Origin: Octopus sinensis
Lineage: Eukaryota
Length of the DNA: 64,000 nt
Assembly: GCF_006345805.1 (NCBI RefSeq)
Contig: NC_043024.1
Span: forward strand, 14,198,001-14,262,000
Direction: 5' to 3'
Part shown: positions 13,211 through 27,450 of the stretch, piece by piece
How the letters are laid out: every line of letters begins with the position of its first letter
Position numbering within the stretch: the stretch's first letter is position 1
Program-made: the position numbers and the translations under genes
The notes under the pieces: generated by a model
Told to the model about the DNA's origin: nothing
The model's database searches: none
The model's input: only the letters and a program-made list of their open reading frames with translations

Positions 13211-15939
13211 TCATAGGACTATGCTCAAGGTTGCTTCGTCATTCATACGTGCCATTCTTGCTACATTCCCCATCTTTTTTTAAAACATTCGCTAGACAAA
13301 CTTGCCTCTCTACTCTCACTTTCCTTTTCAAGTGGTACTTGAAGAAGTTGATGAGAGATTGACCAGAGAGGAAATGTTTGTCTCCAATCCTTTCAGACGC
13401 GTCCACCAGATACATTCTTTCGCCATAGCCACAAGGATGATGAAAATAGCTCTTCCTTCCCGTTTGAAGGAAGGAGGAGGTGTGACAATATTGACGATAG
13501 ACTCCGCTGATAAACCGACTCGTCCCACACGTGACAGCAGTTGTTCGACATAACCCACAGTCGGAAATTGTTGGACACTGAACGAGTGCGTGCAGAACGG
13601 TTTCGTCGCTCTGACCGCATCTCGGGCAGGTCGGTCCCGTGTTTCTCGAGCCGTGTCTGTAGAGCTTATCCCGAACGGGTAGCGCTTCTCGGTAGCACTG
13701 CCAGGCCAGGGTCTCTGGAAGTTGTCCATGGGCCCTGGCCCGAAAGTCGTCCTGAACAGGCGGGTCAGGTACTCCTCGTCGACGTCCAGGTTCGCCCCGA
13801 GCTCGTCGTCGTACCTCCCCTCCACTAAACCCTATAGAATGCTTTGGTTGTGTTGAAGTCACTTAAGGTCGACCCAGGACGGCAGAGTTGCTTGAGAGCA
13901 ACGCGGACACTCGCGGTGCCATCGCCCTTCCTCGGCCTCTTTTTGATCCACGACTGCAGTTCGGTCATGGAGACGAGCTGCGGGAAAGCGTGCCTCACAA
14001 ACGGCGACCACACCTGTTCACCGTCATCTACATAGAGCCAGAGATGTCGCAGTCTCAGCGCGTGTCTGCGCATCATCAACCACGGCATGCCCAGCCCTCT
14101 TTTTTTAACGGGTGTTGACAGCAATGGATCGCCTGACCATCGGGACGCATCCTTTCCACAAGAAGCGGAAGAGGAAGAGGATGCGTTGTAGTTTGGTGAT
14201 GGTAGGGTCGGGACAAGGTACGACGGTCAGGCGATAGTAGATGACGGAACGCGAGTACGTGTTCGCCACCTCCGCTCGACCTTTTAGGGACAGTTTCCTC
14301 TCGGCCATTGCCGGGCGAGAGTGACCACCCTACTCGTTATCTCGTTCCAGTTCTTCTCCACTTGGAGGTCCGGACCAAACCAGACCCCGAGCAACTCAAC
14401 GGGCCGTCGGTCCACAGCGTCCCACGACGGAGGCGCTGGGTGGACGGCATGGGCTTGCTTCTCCAGGTGCCTAGTCGCAAGCCCACTGACTTTTCCCGGT
14501 TGATTTTCGCTCCTGTCACGCTTCGTAGTTTTTCAGTGTCTCGCCGACCAGCTCGATGTTTGCTCGTGGCTAGACACTATGACGGTGACGTCGTCCGCGT
14601 ATGCCACACGCTCGTCCGCATCCCAATTCTCGCGGGATGCCCTTTAGTCGCCAGCTTCCGCAGTAGTGGCTCAAGAGTCAATACGATAGAAGCGCCGAGA
14701 GGGGGCATCCCTGACGGACCGAACGTGCAATGTGGAAAGGTCTCGATAGATGTCCATTTACGCGAATTACCGAACGGATGCCTCTGTACAAGGCAGCTAT
14801 CCAGCCGCGGAAGACGGGACCGAAACCAGCCGCTCTCAGGACTGCCTCCAAGTATCGATGGTCTACCCTATCAAAGGCTTTCGATTGATCCAAGTTGATC
14901 AGGGCCCCACCCATGCCAGGTTCGTGTTTGGCGTTGAAGTGTTGGTCGAGGGCCAACCTTGCCGCCAAAACGTCGGATGCGATGCCGCTTCTAATTGCCT
15001 CTTCTAGCTTCTTAACTAGCTCACCCTCTACTCTATTTCTATCTATGGCTAGTGCTTTGCTGTACCTAATCGCTTCTGCTTTTACTGCTCTCTTGAGGGC
15101 AACCACCATTTGTTGTTGATGATGGCTCCCGTCAAAGCCCTCTTTACTAGTGTGCTAATCCGGTCTCTGAATACCTGTCTCGATGGGAAAGACGCGTTAG
15201 TTTCCAGTATCCGGGGACCCTGCCTAAGTGTCTTACCTAAGTCTAGCGTACATGTCACAAGTTTGTGATCCGTGTAGCTGACTATGTGGATTGTGGACAT
15301 CCTATGCTATCTCTATCTACTGTCCTACACAGTATCCTATCTAGATACGATCTCGACGACCCGATGCGGTTGCTCCATGTCACGTTTGCCGCATTCGGGT
15401 GGTCTAGTCGGAACTGTCAGACAGTTGAAAGCGTCTGAGCAGGTCTCTGAGGCATTTGCATCCCCGTCTATTCCTATCTCTACCCACGTAGTCTACATGC
15501 GTGTCCAAGGTAGCATTCCAATCCCCCACTAAGAGTAAAGGACGAGACGTTCCCAAGAAAACTTCTAGACGTTGAAAGAAATCCGCCCGACCTGTTAAGG
15601 GCGGTGCGTAAACTGATACGAGTCGAAAAGCGCACCCATTGCTGCCGTCGACATCCAGGACGACCAGTCTACCCTCCGGGTCTACGAATATGTCCTTACA
15701 TTGAGATCCAGACTCTTGTGAAAAAGTACCGCGGTGCCACTACCGCCCATTCTCGGCAGACAGGGGGAAAAATAAATGTTGAACTGTCCGCCAAACATGG
15801 TCTTTAGGGCCCGCGGATTGTGGAGTCTGGTCTCGCTTATGGCTATGATTCTAACTTATGTGACTTTATGTCATTTAAGAGGTACCCTTGTTTCCAGGGA
15901 CCCCAAGCCACGCGCATTTACACAACCAATCTTGATCAT
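13211..15939 (-). pseudogene. LINE ORF2 (APE endonuclease, reverse transcriptase, zinc finger), frameshifted, about 1 kb missing
   Basis: MIKIGCVNARGL start; YTDHKLV (SDH motif); LDQSKAFDRVDH; VRQGCPLS; YADD at 14590-14601; CPRCGQSDETVLHALVQCP; stop at 13211-13213. Confidence 0.9.
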
Positions 15940-17905
15940 AGTTCTAATGAATTAGAATACAGAGGGTTACTTACTGCTCGAAAGTTTTTTTCTTCTCCTC
16001 CGTTGGTTTGTCCTCGAGAAGATCCCAGTACAGTTTCTTGTGAGATATTTTTGGCATTTACCAACCGCACTGGGGAAAATGCCTTTGAGTGTGTGGTGCA
16101 GACTTTGGAGATGTGTATTATTTTGATGTGGTCTGGTGGTGGTGTTGTGTATGGGTGGTTGTTTGTTTTTATGTCATCTTCTGTTATGTTTGTTTTTGAT
16201 TGGATGTATTCCATCAAATTTGTGTTTTGGTGTCTATGGCTGTGAGCATGTTTGCTGTATATGTTTTTGTGGTGTTGTGTGGCTGTTGTTTGCGTTGGGT
16301 TTTGAAATGTCTTCGGGAGATGTATTTCCCCCTGCTTTGTTCGTGTTTTGCATTTGGTTTGGTTGTGGTTCTGACTCTTTATTTTCCTTCTTTTTGTAGC
16401 TATTTGCCATTCCTCACTGGTTTCGTCTTCCGACGAAATTTCTGAGGAATCAGAAGGGGTAGGGGTATGTTGTGGGCTTCTATGTATGTCTGTGTAAGTG
16501 GTTGTGTTGTTGTTTTCGTTGTTGTTGGTTGTTGAGTGTTTGTGTGTGTTGAGTGCGGTATAAGGGATGGGGGATCAGTTGGTGTGTGCTTTCTTTGTTT
16601 TTCTGTCCCTTTGGGTTTTGCTGTGTTTGGTGGTGTGGTATTTTTCCAGGTGTTGAGTGGTTTTTGGTTGATGACGGATTAGCTTGGTGTGCTTCTCTTG
16701 TCGTCTTCTGTGTTGATGGTGTGTGGGTATAGTAGAGCTTTTTTTCCGGAGTGCTTTGGTTGTGGTAGTGGTTGTTGTTGTTGTGCTCTTGGTGTGCAGT
16801 GGTTGGGCACGTCTTTTCAGTGTGTTCGCGTTCCACACAAATAGCACGCGTGGTCGCCTTGCCCTCTACCACTATATAGAGTTTGTAGCCTCCTGGCAGT
16901 TCTATAGCGGTGGGTATCTTCTCTCTTGCTGCTTCAATCCAATTGAAGCAGGAATTCGATTGATTGCCCACATAGTTTTCTCTCCTAGAACCGCGATTTC
17001 CAGGATGTTTGTCTCTGACATTGTCTCTGACATTCAAAGCAGATGACAGAGACCAACCATTGTGTTTCGACATCAAATGGTATGTTTTTTATTTGGACTT
17101 TCGTGACCCTTTTGTTTAAATAGACTGGTATCATTACAAGTCGTCCGAATGTAGCTCCAATGTGGAAAAACGTTTTGCTAAACTTTCGTTGAGGAAACGT
17201 ACTTGGACTGTACCAAATTTGTTTCCCCAACTGAATATTCCTTGGAGTCCCATGCAGGACGAAGGCATTTTTCGATTTTTTTGCGGTGCATTTTCTGTTC
17301 TTCTTGTTTTTTTGTTTATTACTTTATAAATTATTGTTTTTTTTTGTGTGTTTTCCACGATGTGTTGTGGAATGTGAAGGTGCAATTTTGTCTCCTTCTT
17401 TGGAGAAGAGTGCCTTTGTGCGCGTTTATCTCTTGTGTGGTGAATGTTACAATTGTTTTTTTGTTTTGTTACGTCCGCAAAATTTGTTTTGAATTGGCAG
17501 TGGAAGTGTTAATTGTGGCAGTGTTAATTGAAGTCACGGTAGTGGTGTTGGTGTTGGCGGAGTTGTCTTGGTAGGCGGCTTTGTGCCAATTTCGTTGTTG
17601 TTGTTGTTGGTGGTGATGGTGGTGGGGCTGGCATTCATGTTGTCGTTTGTATTCATTTTTGAAATCCCTTTCTCTGTCCCTTTATCATCAACAAGTGGTG
17701 TGGGGAGTGAGGGGAAATCTAAGTTAATGTCTTTGGTCGCGGCGATGGTGAATGCGACGTTAGATTTGTTGTTGTTGTTGGTGGTGGTGCTGATGGTGGT
17801 GACAGCGGTGTTCACGCTGCGATGTTTAGCAGCTAGTGGTAGCAATAGTGTTTTGCTACCGTTCTGCATGGCTGGCGGGCTAGCCACGTGGTTTCTAGTT
17901 GCCAT
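15936..17905 (-). pseudogene. LINE ORF1 (gag-like nucleic-acid chaperone), frameshifted
   Basis: ATG at 17905 (MATRNHVAS...), fragments with VQVRFLNESLAKRF and VTKVQIKNIPFDV, degenerate knuckle AICVEREHTEKTCP, stop at 15936. Confidence 0.75.
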
Positions 17906-18130
17906 TTTCAAAATGAAAAATGGCTAAAAAACCCACGAAAGTTTTGAAAGTTTTTTGTAATTTCGCCCATACAGGGGCGGAATTCTACGTGAATAATTCT
18001 CAGGTTTTTTAGTGAATGAACTTGCACAACGATTAAAACAAAATATTTGACAACAAGGAGTTTTAAACATGTAAAAGTGGCCAACTTACGTGGAGCCGAT
18101 ATGACTAGCGTCCGTCCATTGTGAGAGCTG

Positions 18131-18131
18131 T

Positions 18132-18191
<60 letters not shown>

Positions 18192-18352
18192 ATAGACAGA
18201 CTGACAGACAGACACAGAGACACACATACACAAACTGATACACATACTGATAAATAGAGAAAGATCAATAGATAGGTAGATAGATAGATAGATAGATAGA
18301 TAGAATAGATAGATAGATAGACATACAGACGTATCGATAGATAGGTAGATAT

Positions 18353-18386
<34 letters not shown>

Positions 18387-18448
18387 GGATAGATAGATAA
18401 ATAGATAGATAGATAGATAGATAGATAGACATACAGACATATCGATAG

Positions 18449-18505
<57 letters not shown>

Positions 18506-18529
18506 CATACAGACATATCGATAGATAGG

Positions 18530-18577
<48 letters not shown>

Positions 18578-18591
18578 CATACAGACATATC

Positions 18592-18625
<34 letters not shown>

Positions 18626-18653
18626 CATACAGACATATCGATAGATAGGTAGG

Positions 18654-18725
<72 letters not shown>

Positions 18726-18960
18726 CAGATAGATAGACATACAGACATATCGATAGATAGGTAGATAGATAGATAGACAGATAAATAGATAGAAAGATAG
18801 ATAGAAAGAAAGAAAGATCGATAGATAGAAAGAAAGATAGATAGATAGGTAGATAGATGGATAGCTAAATAGATAGATAGATAGATGGATAGATAGACAG
18901 ACAGACAGATAATCAGACAGACAGACAGACAGGTGGGTAGGTAGGAATATATATACATAC
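18131..18960. repeat. Long (GATA)n/(GACA)n tract with a recurring higher-order GATAGACATACAGACATATCGATAG unit, at the LINE 5' flank
   Basis: Read directly from the sequence; continues into (CATA)n to about 19070. Confidence 0.95.
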
Positions 18961-19598
18961 ATACATGCATACATACATACATACATACATACATACTTAC
19001 ATACATCCATACATACATACATACATACATCCATACATACATACATACATACATCCATACATACATACATATATAGCTGGGTGGGTGTAAATTCCCACAA
19101 TTTCAAAATACATTTACTAAAATCGAAGTCATAACACATTACATCCAATACAGAATTAACAACATCGATATAAGCTTTGGATACATACAATATGTACACT
19201 GAAACCAAGATAATAGCTTCCTCGGTCGGATTCGATCTCAGGCCATCTGAGCAAGAAGAAATAATTCAGAACAGTCTACCGTCTACCTCTACTCTCGCAG
19301 CTCAGCAGTTCCATTGTATATACCTATATGGACATAAATTTTCCTTAACATATATATATATATGAGTGAATATATTTTATCTCTTTGTATACAGACGTAC
19401 AATTTTTTTCATATGTATTTGTATAGCTTATACACGTATACATGATATACACATAGACGCCGACATATGTGCGTAGATGAACATAAACGTATCGCTGTGT
19501 GCGCGAGAATGTCTTCGTGCGAGCGTGTGTGCCTTTATCGATAAGATTCTTCACCCAAATCTGTAATGAATTCCATTTCTTTTCCCCTGATATCGACA

Positions 19599-19665
<67 letters not shown>

Positions 19666-20401
19666 CTATATATATTATATATATATACACATAGATATTT
19701 TCATTTGAAAAAAAAATCCGATACTTGCTGTTTCCAGTTCATGCAATATGGCGTTCTATTTCATATTCCCTTAACCTTTGACGTGCATTTGATTCAGGTT
19801 CCATTCTCTCTCTCACTCTCTCTCTTTCTCTGTGTGTGTCATTGGGAATGGGATGCGTGTCATTTTTTTTTTCAGTATGTGTCTATGTGTGTGTCTTACT
19901 GGTTGTGTTTGTGTGCAAATATCTTTTCTATCTTTGAATGTGGACGTGCGTTTTCTTTTTCTTGTTATTCTTAATTATGTCAGTGAAAGATTTAAGACAT
20001 CAAATACTTTTTCAATGACTCTCTCTTCTCTATATATATATATGGTGTGTGTATATATAGTATATATATTTATTATATATATATATATGTATGTATGTAT
20101 GTATATATATATATATATGTATTTATATATAATATATATATAGTATATATATATATATACATATATTATTATATAATATATAAATAAATAAATATATATA
20201 TACATACATACATATATATTACATATAATATATACAATACATATATATATACATATATATATATATTTACACACACAATATATGTATGCATATATACTAT
20301 TATATATATATAGAGAGAACACACACACAACCGACAGACGAGAACGGAGAGGAGAGAGAAATAAATATATATGTATGATATATATATATATATATATTAT
20401 A

Positions 20402-20480
<79 letters not shown>

Positions 20481-20483
20481 TAT

Positions 20484-20515
<32 letters not shown>

Positions 20516-21693
20516 ATATTATATGTATATAGTGGCAACATATCGACGATTACAACAAAAAAAAGACAAAGCCAACACTCTACAAAAAGAAAACACGACA
20601 GCAAAGTAAAACATTGATAGAAAACACGCGATATGGAGAAAGAATTTCCATAATATAGAAGCTACCAAGAAAAGTCTATGTACATATCCATCACAGAAAT
20701 GGTACTCTGCTTACAAAGTGTGAATAAAAAGAAGAAAAAAATCGCTATTTGATTTTTTTACCTTTAGTAATCTTTCAGTTATTCTGTAATATATTTATAT
20801 TTGTGCGTAGTGGTGTCATAAGAATTTCATTGCGGTACGTAAAGTGAGTTGATAAAAGGCAAATTTGAGTATGTGAAAAAAAAAAGCGTTTAATGAAATA
20901 TAAGTGAGGATATTTCGACAGGAAAATGACATGTGTATTCAGAGAAATTATAGCATATGCCAGACAAATGGAAAACTTTATATAAAGGAAGATGGTTAAT
21001 AGATTCAGTATGAAATCGCGGGTGCCAGGTTCTTGCTGCGTAACCTATTCAGAAGGTATCTTCAACCGTATCTTCAGGAGTGTGTGAGATATCGTAGAAG
21101 GAATCGGTAAAATCTCTGAGCAGTACGGATTTGCTTGAAGGACCAGCTACGCGTTTTTTATCAGTTCCATTCTACCAAACCACTGGACCATTTTAAAAGA
21201 AAATATACGTGTGTATTTCTGTTTATATTAGATAAATGCAAGAAGCCATTCAGAAAATATACAATAAATCGTTTGAATCCTAATCGAGAAGTGTAAGCCC
21301 CTACTAATAACTATATATACTGAATTTGAAAACCCCCTAGGATGGAAAGTAGGCCGAAGGCTACTTGCAGTAATTGAACTCATTAATTCCGTTCCCACAT
21401 TTTCTTCATTCCTCGGCCGACACCATCGATTTCGGCGCCGCAATTATAGCCATTCTCCTTACGAAAATTGGTGGTAATCCCTCATACTATTTTCAAAACA
21501 TAAGACATATATGTATGTAAGTATGTGTGTGTGTATGTGTATATAAATATACGTGTGTGCGTGTGTTTGTGTGTGTAAGAGTGGTATACGATATATTCTC
21601 TTTTATTCATAAGTTGTTAGTTTGCTATGCAAATAAACCTCGCAGACACATTCACAAATACATACACACACACACGTTCATACATACACAAAC

Positions 21694-21733
<40 letters not shown>

Positions 21734-22139
21734 TAACTATATATATTTATCATATATAAAAGAATAATGCCTATGATTGCTTTTCGTTTCTTATAAATTT
21801 CCAACTTCACATTTTCTTAATTGCTTTTTAGTCATTGTAACACATTTATCTTGTCTGTTTCCCCGACGTAGCAAATTGTAGTTGTTAAGACACCTGAAGT
21901 GAGACAGTAAAATGGTAGGAATTTAAGTAAAAGATAGATGTACAGTTAACTTATACAATTCATTCTTTCATGTTCGCGGATTTTCAAAGCGAACTGCACA
22001 ATAAAGTATTTGTCTTTGCAGCAAGTAATTTTTTATATTCTAAAGAAGAGAGGTTGAAAAAAAATTGTTAAAAATTCCATATTATTCTTCATGTTGCTTT
22101 TGGTGCCAATCGTCACCTATGATAATGATCTTTGAGTAA

Positions 22140-22560
22140 TGTCCGAAAGCCTACGATCGCGAAGGCAAATGGCTGGTTTGGAATTCTTTAGAAAGGTCTC
22201 CAAAAAAAGGGTTACTCCACAAGATGTGTAGTTCAGAGTTGAGGGAGTTTCTCCAGGCCGCTCCGCTGCTTCTTCGCATTGGGAGACCACAGCTCAGAAA
22301 CTACGGACATGTGGTTAGAATGGCACAGCAAAGAATCTGTTGATGGATTCTTCAAACTGAGCCAAAAGACAGGAGAGATAGATGTAGATCAAGAACGAGA
22401 TGGTTCCATAATATCTACATGCTCCGTTGGCCACGCTTGGGCTTACAGCAGGAAAGTTTAATATCGGTTGTTTTCGGTAGGACCCTAAAGATGTGGCTGA
22501 AGACTTTCCTTCCATGACCATCCAAAGAATCCTGAGCGGAGACATGAATGGATGAATGGA
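22140..22560 (+). mobile_element. RTE/L2-type LINE 3' fragment
   Basis: Translation LRIGRPQLRNYGHVVRMAQQRIC*WILQTEPKDRRDRCRSRTRWFHNI fits the QLRW.GHV.RM...R.RGRPR.RW C-terminus; ends in a GAATG-type tail. Confidence 0.8.
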
Positions 22561-23160
22561 TTCTAACCTTGCTAAAGCGAAATGAATATAAATTTCATGG
22601 TCAAAAACCCCTATATCATCCAAACGCGTGAGGGACAAAATCCACATAGGACAACCCCCTCCGCCAAAAATAAGGAATATATTTTTTCACCTATACATGG
22701 AGAAAGGTCATGTGCAGTCAACCAACACAGAGAAGGAGTATATTTTTTATGATTTACGTCAGTAATAAATTACGTAGATAATAATTTTCTCTTCTCATTT
22801 TAATGGTATAAATGGTATTACAGTTCAAAAACGGAAAAGAATATAACTGACGGGAATTTTGTCCAAGGTGGGACTTGTGTCAATCACCATGCAAATATTT
22901 TTGATATTGTCTAATGCAGAATTGAGTCATTTCACTTTGATACTGCATAAAAGATCTTCCCATGTTTCTTACTAAACAGGCATTTTATTAAGGGATCCGT
23001 GTCCATCCAAACTTTAATCTGACTGTGGATTACGTATTTTTCTTTCCTTCTTTCTTTAAGCATTAGATTTCTAATACGGAATACAATTTTGATGCTATTT
23101 CTAACTGGATGGCAGATTTTGTTTCAAACCTTTATTCATTACGTCTACGCTAGATACATA

Positions 23161-23545
23161 TGGAGGCGCAATGGCCCAGTGGTTAGGGCAGCGGACTCGC
23201 AGTCGTAGGATCGCGGTTTCGATTCCCAGACCGGGCGTTGTGAGTGTTTATTGAGCGAAAACACCTAAAAGCTCCACGAGGCTCCGGCAGGGGATGGTAG
23301 TGATCCCTGCTGTACTCTTTCACCACAACTTTCTCTCACTCCTACTTCCTGTTTCTGTTGTACCTGTATTTCAAAAGGGCCGGCCTTGTCACTCTCTGTG
23401 TAACGCTGAATATCCCCGAGAACTGCGTTAAAGGTACACGTGTCTGTGGAGTGCTCAGCCACTTACACGTTAATTTCACGAGCAGGCTGTTCCGTTGATC
23501 GGATCAACCGGAACCCTCGTCGTCGTAACCGACGGAGTGCTTCCA
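23161..23545 (+). mobile_element. SINE family C, full length
   Basis: tRNA-derived head with A and B boxes; conserved body GGTACACGTGTCTGTGGAGTGCTCAGCCAC...; tail CGTAACCGACGGAGTGCTTCCA. Confidence 0.9.
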
Positions 23546-23932
23546 CAGATACATACATTTAAACCTAAATGCTTTATTCAGGGTGGGAGAAACGGCACTA
23601 CATCAAAAAGCAACAGCTAAGGGAGACAACTCCAAACATGAGCAAGGTCATCAGTCCGAAACGTATTTTAAGTCAGAATCAGGATATGCGAAGATATATT
23701 TATAAATATGGAAAATATGGTTCGAGAATACGAGAGAAAAATTTTGCATATTTAAAACAAATATGGAGAAATTAGTTTGGGAAACCGAAATTTTGTTTGA
23801 TTGATTTCTTTTCTTCAGCGCTGTTTGCTTTAATTCATATTTGTGCATTGTGTTTATGATTTTCAGCGTTTGAAGTTGTTGCAATCGCTGTCAAGATGTG
23901 TTAAAATCTACACAAACCTAAAAAGAATTCAT

Positions 23933-23969
<37 letters not shown>

Positions 23970-24077
23970 GTATATATATATATACATATACATATATATA
24001 TATATATATATATTTATATAATATATATATACATATGTATATATATACATATACATATATATATATATATATATTAG

Positions 24078-24173
<96 letters not shown>

Positions 24174-24523
24174 CGCGCACACAGACATGCACATACACAT
24201 GTATATACACGTACACGAAAACGAACAAACACACAGTCACATAAACACACACATACATGTATATTCGTTTGTTTTCACATCGTAAACAACGAACATGGAC
24301 GAAGAAAAAAATATAAATATAAAAAATGATATAAAGAAGTACAAATAATATAAATATTCTTTTCGACAACTGACGAAAGTGAATACAAAGTTGGCTTTCG
24401 CATGAACTGTAAATACAGACGGGGTTTTGGGGTATTTTTTGTTTAATTTGTTTTACTTTAGTTTTGAAAAAAAACAAATAAACACGCACACATATACGTA
24501 TGTCAGTTTTAGTGTGTGTTTGC

Positions 24524-24579
<56 letters not shown>

Positions 24580-24766
24580 ATATATTATATATATATATGT
24601 ATGTATATATATACATATAAGTATATATGTATGTAGATATATGCATATATGTATATATATAATACATATATATATACATGTACGTAGATGTATTTATATA
24701 TCTGTGTTTGTGTGTATGCATAAATATATACATACATAGATATATGTACGTATATATATATATATG

Positions 24767-24803
<37 letters not shown>

Positions 24804-25002
24804 CGTGTGTGTGTGTGTGTGTGTATGTACATATAAGTATACCTATACATATGCATATGTATGTACACACATATTATATATAATATATATGTGTGTGTTT
24901 GTGTGTGGTGTATGTATGTATACATATATATGTATATGCATATACTTTTATATATACATATACGTATGCATGTATATATATATATATATATGTATATATA
25001 TT

Positions 25003-25029
<27 letters not shown>

Positions 25030-25033
<4 letters not shown>

Positions 25034-26228
25034 ATATAGTGAGAGATATGTGTGTGTACATGTATAGCTCTGTGTACATTCAAATAAGTATGTGTACATC
25101 ATTTTCTTTAGTATATGGTGTAGCTACACGATTATAATGCAGGCTTGATACGTTAAGAAAAATAAATATATAAGTTGGCTGAGGTATATAGATCTGTGTA
25201 AGTCTGATTCTTTGGGTATATAGAATGTATGTTTAAGATTTAACTTTTTAAAACAGCCCCAAGTTAAAGGCTACGTAGAAGAGAAAAGAAAATTAATTTT
25301 ACTCTCTCTCATAAACACACACACACACGCATAACATTCATACCCACCCATATGCATAACACAGGTAGGACATAGTGGTACACATACCTTCTGATCAATA
25401 GATATATCTGTGTGTTTGTGTGGTTCTGAGTGTGTGTGTGTCAGCGTTTTTTCTAAATAGCAGGTACAAATATATATTGATACGTACAGGTATGCATACG
25501 ATCACACACACACACACACACATATATATAAATATAGGTGTGTGTGAGTATTATGTATGTTATATGCACGCTTACATTCAAATGCATAAACATATATACA
25601 CTTAAGCCCATATTTTATATATATATATGTGTGTGGTGTGTGTGTGATATAGTGAGAGATATGTGTGTGTAACATGTATAGCTCTGTGTACATTCAAATA
25701 AGTATGTGTACATCTCATTTTCTTTAGTATATGGTGTAGCTACCCGCATTATAATGCAGGCTTGATACGTTAGACAAAAATAAATATATAGTTGGCTGAG
25801 GTCTATAGATCTGTGTAAGTCTGATTCTTTGGGTATATAGAATGTATGTTAAGATTTAACTTTTTAAAACAGCCCCAAGTTAAAGGCTACGTAGAAGAGA
25901 AAAGAAAATTAATTTTACTCTTCTCATAAACACACACCACACACGCATAACATTCATACCCATCCATATGCATAACACAGGTAGGACATAGTGGTACAAT
26001 ACCTTCTGATCAATAGATATATCTGTGTTTGTTGTTGGTTCTGAGTGTGTGTGTGTCAGCGTTTTTTCTAAATAGCAGGTACAAATATATATTGATACGT
26101 ACAGGTATGCATACGATCACACACACACACACACACATATATATAAATATAGGTGTGTGTGAGTATTTATGTATGTATATGCACGCTTACATTCAAATGC
26201 ATAAACATATATACACTTAAGCCCATAT
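25030..26228. repeat. About 613-bp tandem duplication (two copies)
   Basis: ATAGTGAGAGATATG begins at 25036 and 25649; the copies differ mainly by 1-2 bp indels. Confidence 0.9.
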
Positions 26229-26506
26229 ATTTATATATATATATATATAAATATATATGTATATATATATACACCTACATATGCATATATATGCATGCAT
26301 TTATATCTATAAATATGAGCACGTATATATATATATAAATGTATATGTGTATAGAAAAGTGTATATATATACATATATATATATATATATTATATTTATA
26401 TAATTATATATTTATATATGTACGCATATATATATATATATAGTATATATATATATATATCTGTACGTATAAATATATATATATAATATATATATATATC
26501 TGTACG

Positions 26507-26556
<50 letters not shown>

Positions 26557-27142
26557 CATATATGTATAAAGGGAGAGAGGGAGAGACACAAGGGCTGACA
26601 TATATCTCTACATTCATACATACATTTAATTTAAAATACACAGAGTCATACATGTACAACTGCATTTGTGTTGCATGCATACATGCATAAGTACTGAGAC
26701 ACATACATGCATACATACATATATAAACAAATATGAATAGCAGACAGAGGAAGAGAGAGAGAGAGTAAGAGAAAGTAAAAAGAGAAATACGCAAAGGGAA
26801 ACGAAGATTTATGGAAGTGTGATGAGGTAGAAAAATAAATGACAATACACAGAAAGTAAACAATCTCTGAGATGTGGTTGAAGGCAAAAATATCGTCGAT
26901 ATGTTTCATTGGTATACGTCAGCAAGTACATTCCACCCAAATGAAGTTGATACGGTCAATAACATCTCTTGGCATATATTTGACAGATTAATGCAACCTC
27001 GTCTCATGAGCTTTCGCTCGAGGTTTCTAGAAGCGACGTAGAACGAAGAATACACGAGAACCATTAACTGTTATTGAAAAGACGTTGCTCTATACAGAAA
27101 TGGAACACATTTTCTTTTAAAGATGTTGCAAAAAAAAAGAAA

Positions 27143-27180
<38 letters not shown>

Positions 27181-27345
27181 AGTTGTTTGTTTATTTGATA
27201 AAGTCTTTTTAACTGACTTTCTAAACTGTATATGTAGGGGAATCTGCGTGATTCCATATGCATGCGTGCACTTAACATTGATGTATACAATACAAATATA
27301 TGAATAGTATATGTTTATATGTGCGTATGTGTGTGTTCGTGAGTG

Positions 27346-27379
<34 letters not shown>

Positions 27380-27418
27380 TGCATATATAAATGTCTCTCT
27401 CTCTCTCTCTCTCTCCCT

Positions 27419-27450
<32 letters not shown>

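Larger units (their letters stand above)
12826..18130 (-). mobile_element. Tx1-clade (L1 superfamily) non-LTR retrotransposon, 5'-complete, decayed and internally deleted
   Basis: 5' UTR, ORF1 with zinc knuckle, and ORF2 with APE endonuclease, RT and C-terminal CCHC finger. The 3' UTR ends AATAAAGAAACAT then (TATC)n. Many frameshifts. Confidence 0.9.

Noticed and set aside
14308-14898. 196-aa plus-strand ORF (and 13541-13828)
   Set aside because: Antisense shadow of the GC-rich LINE ORF2.
18086-19208. Long ORFs (326 and 367 aa) rich in YLSI/MYVC
   Set aside because: Translations of (GATA)n/(CATA)n microsatellites that lack stops in some frames.
23610-23670. Hammerhead-like CCGAAACGTA
   Set aside because: No CUGANGA core and no consistent helix I/II.
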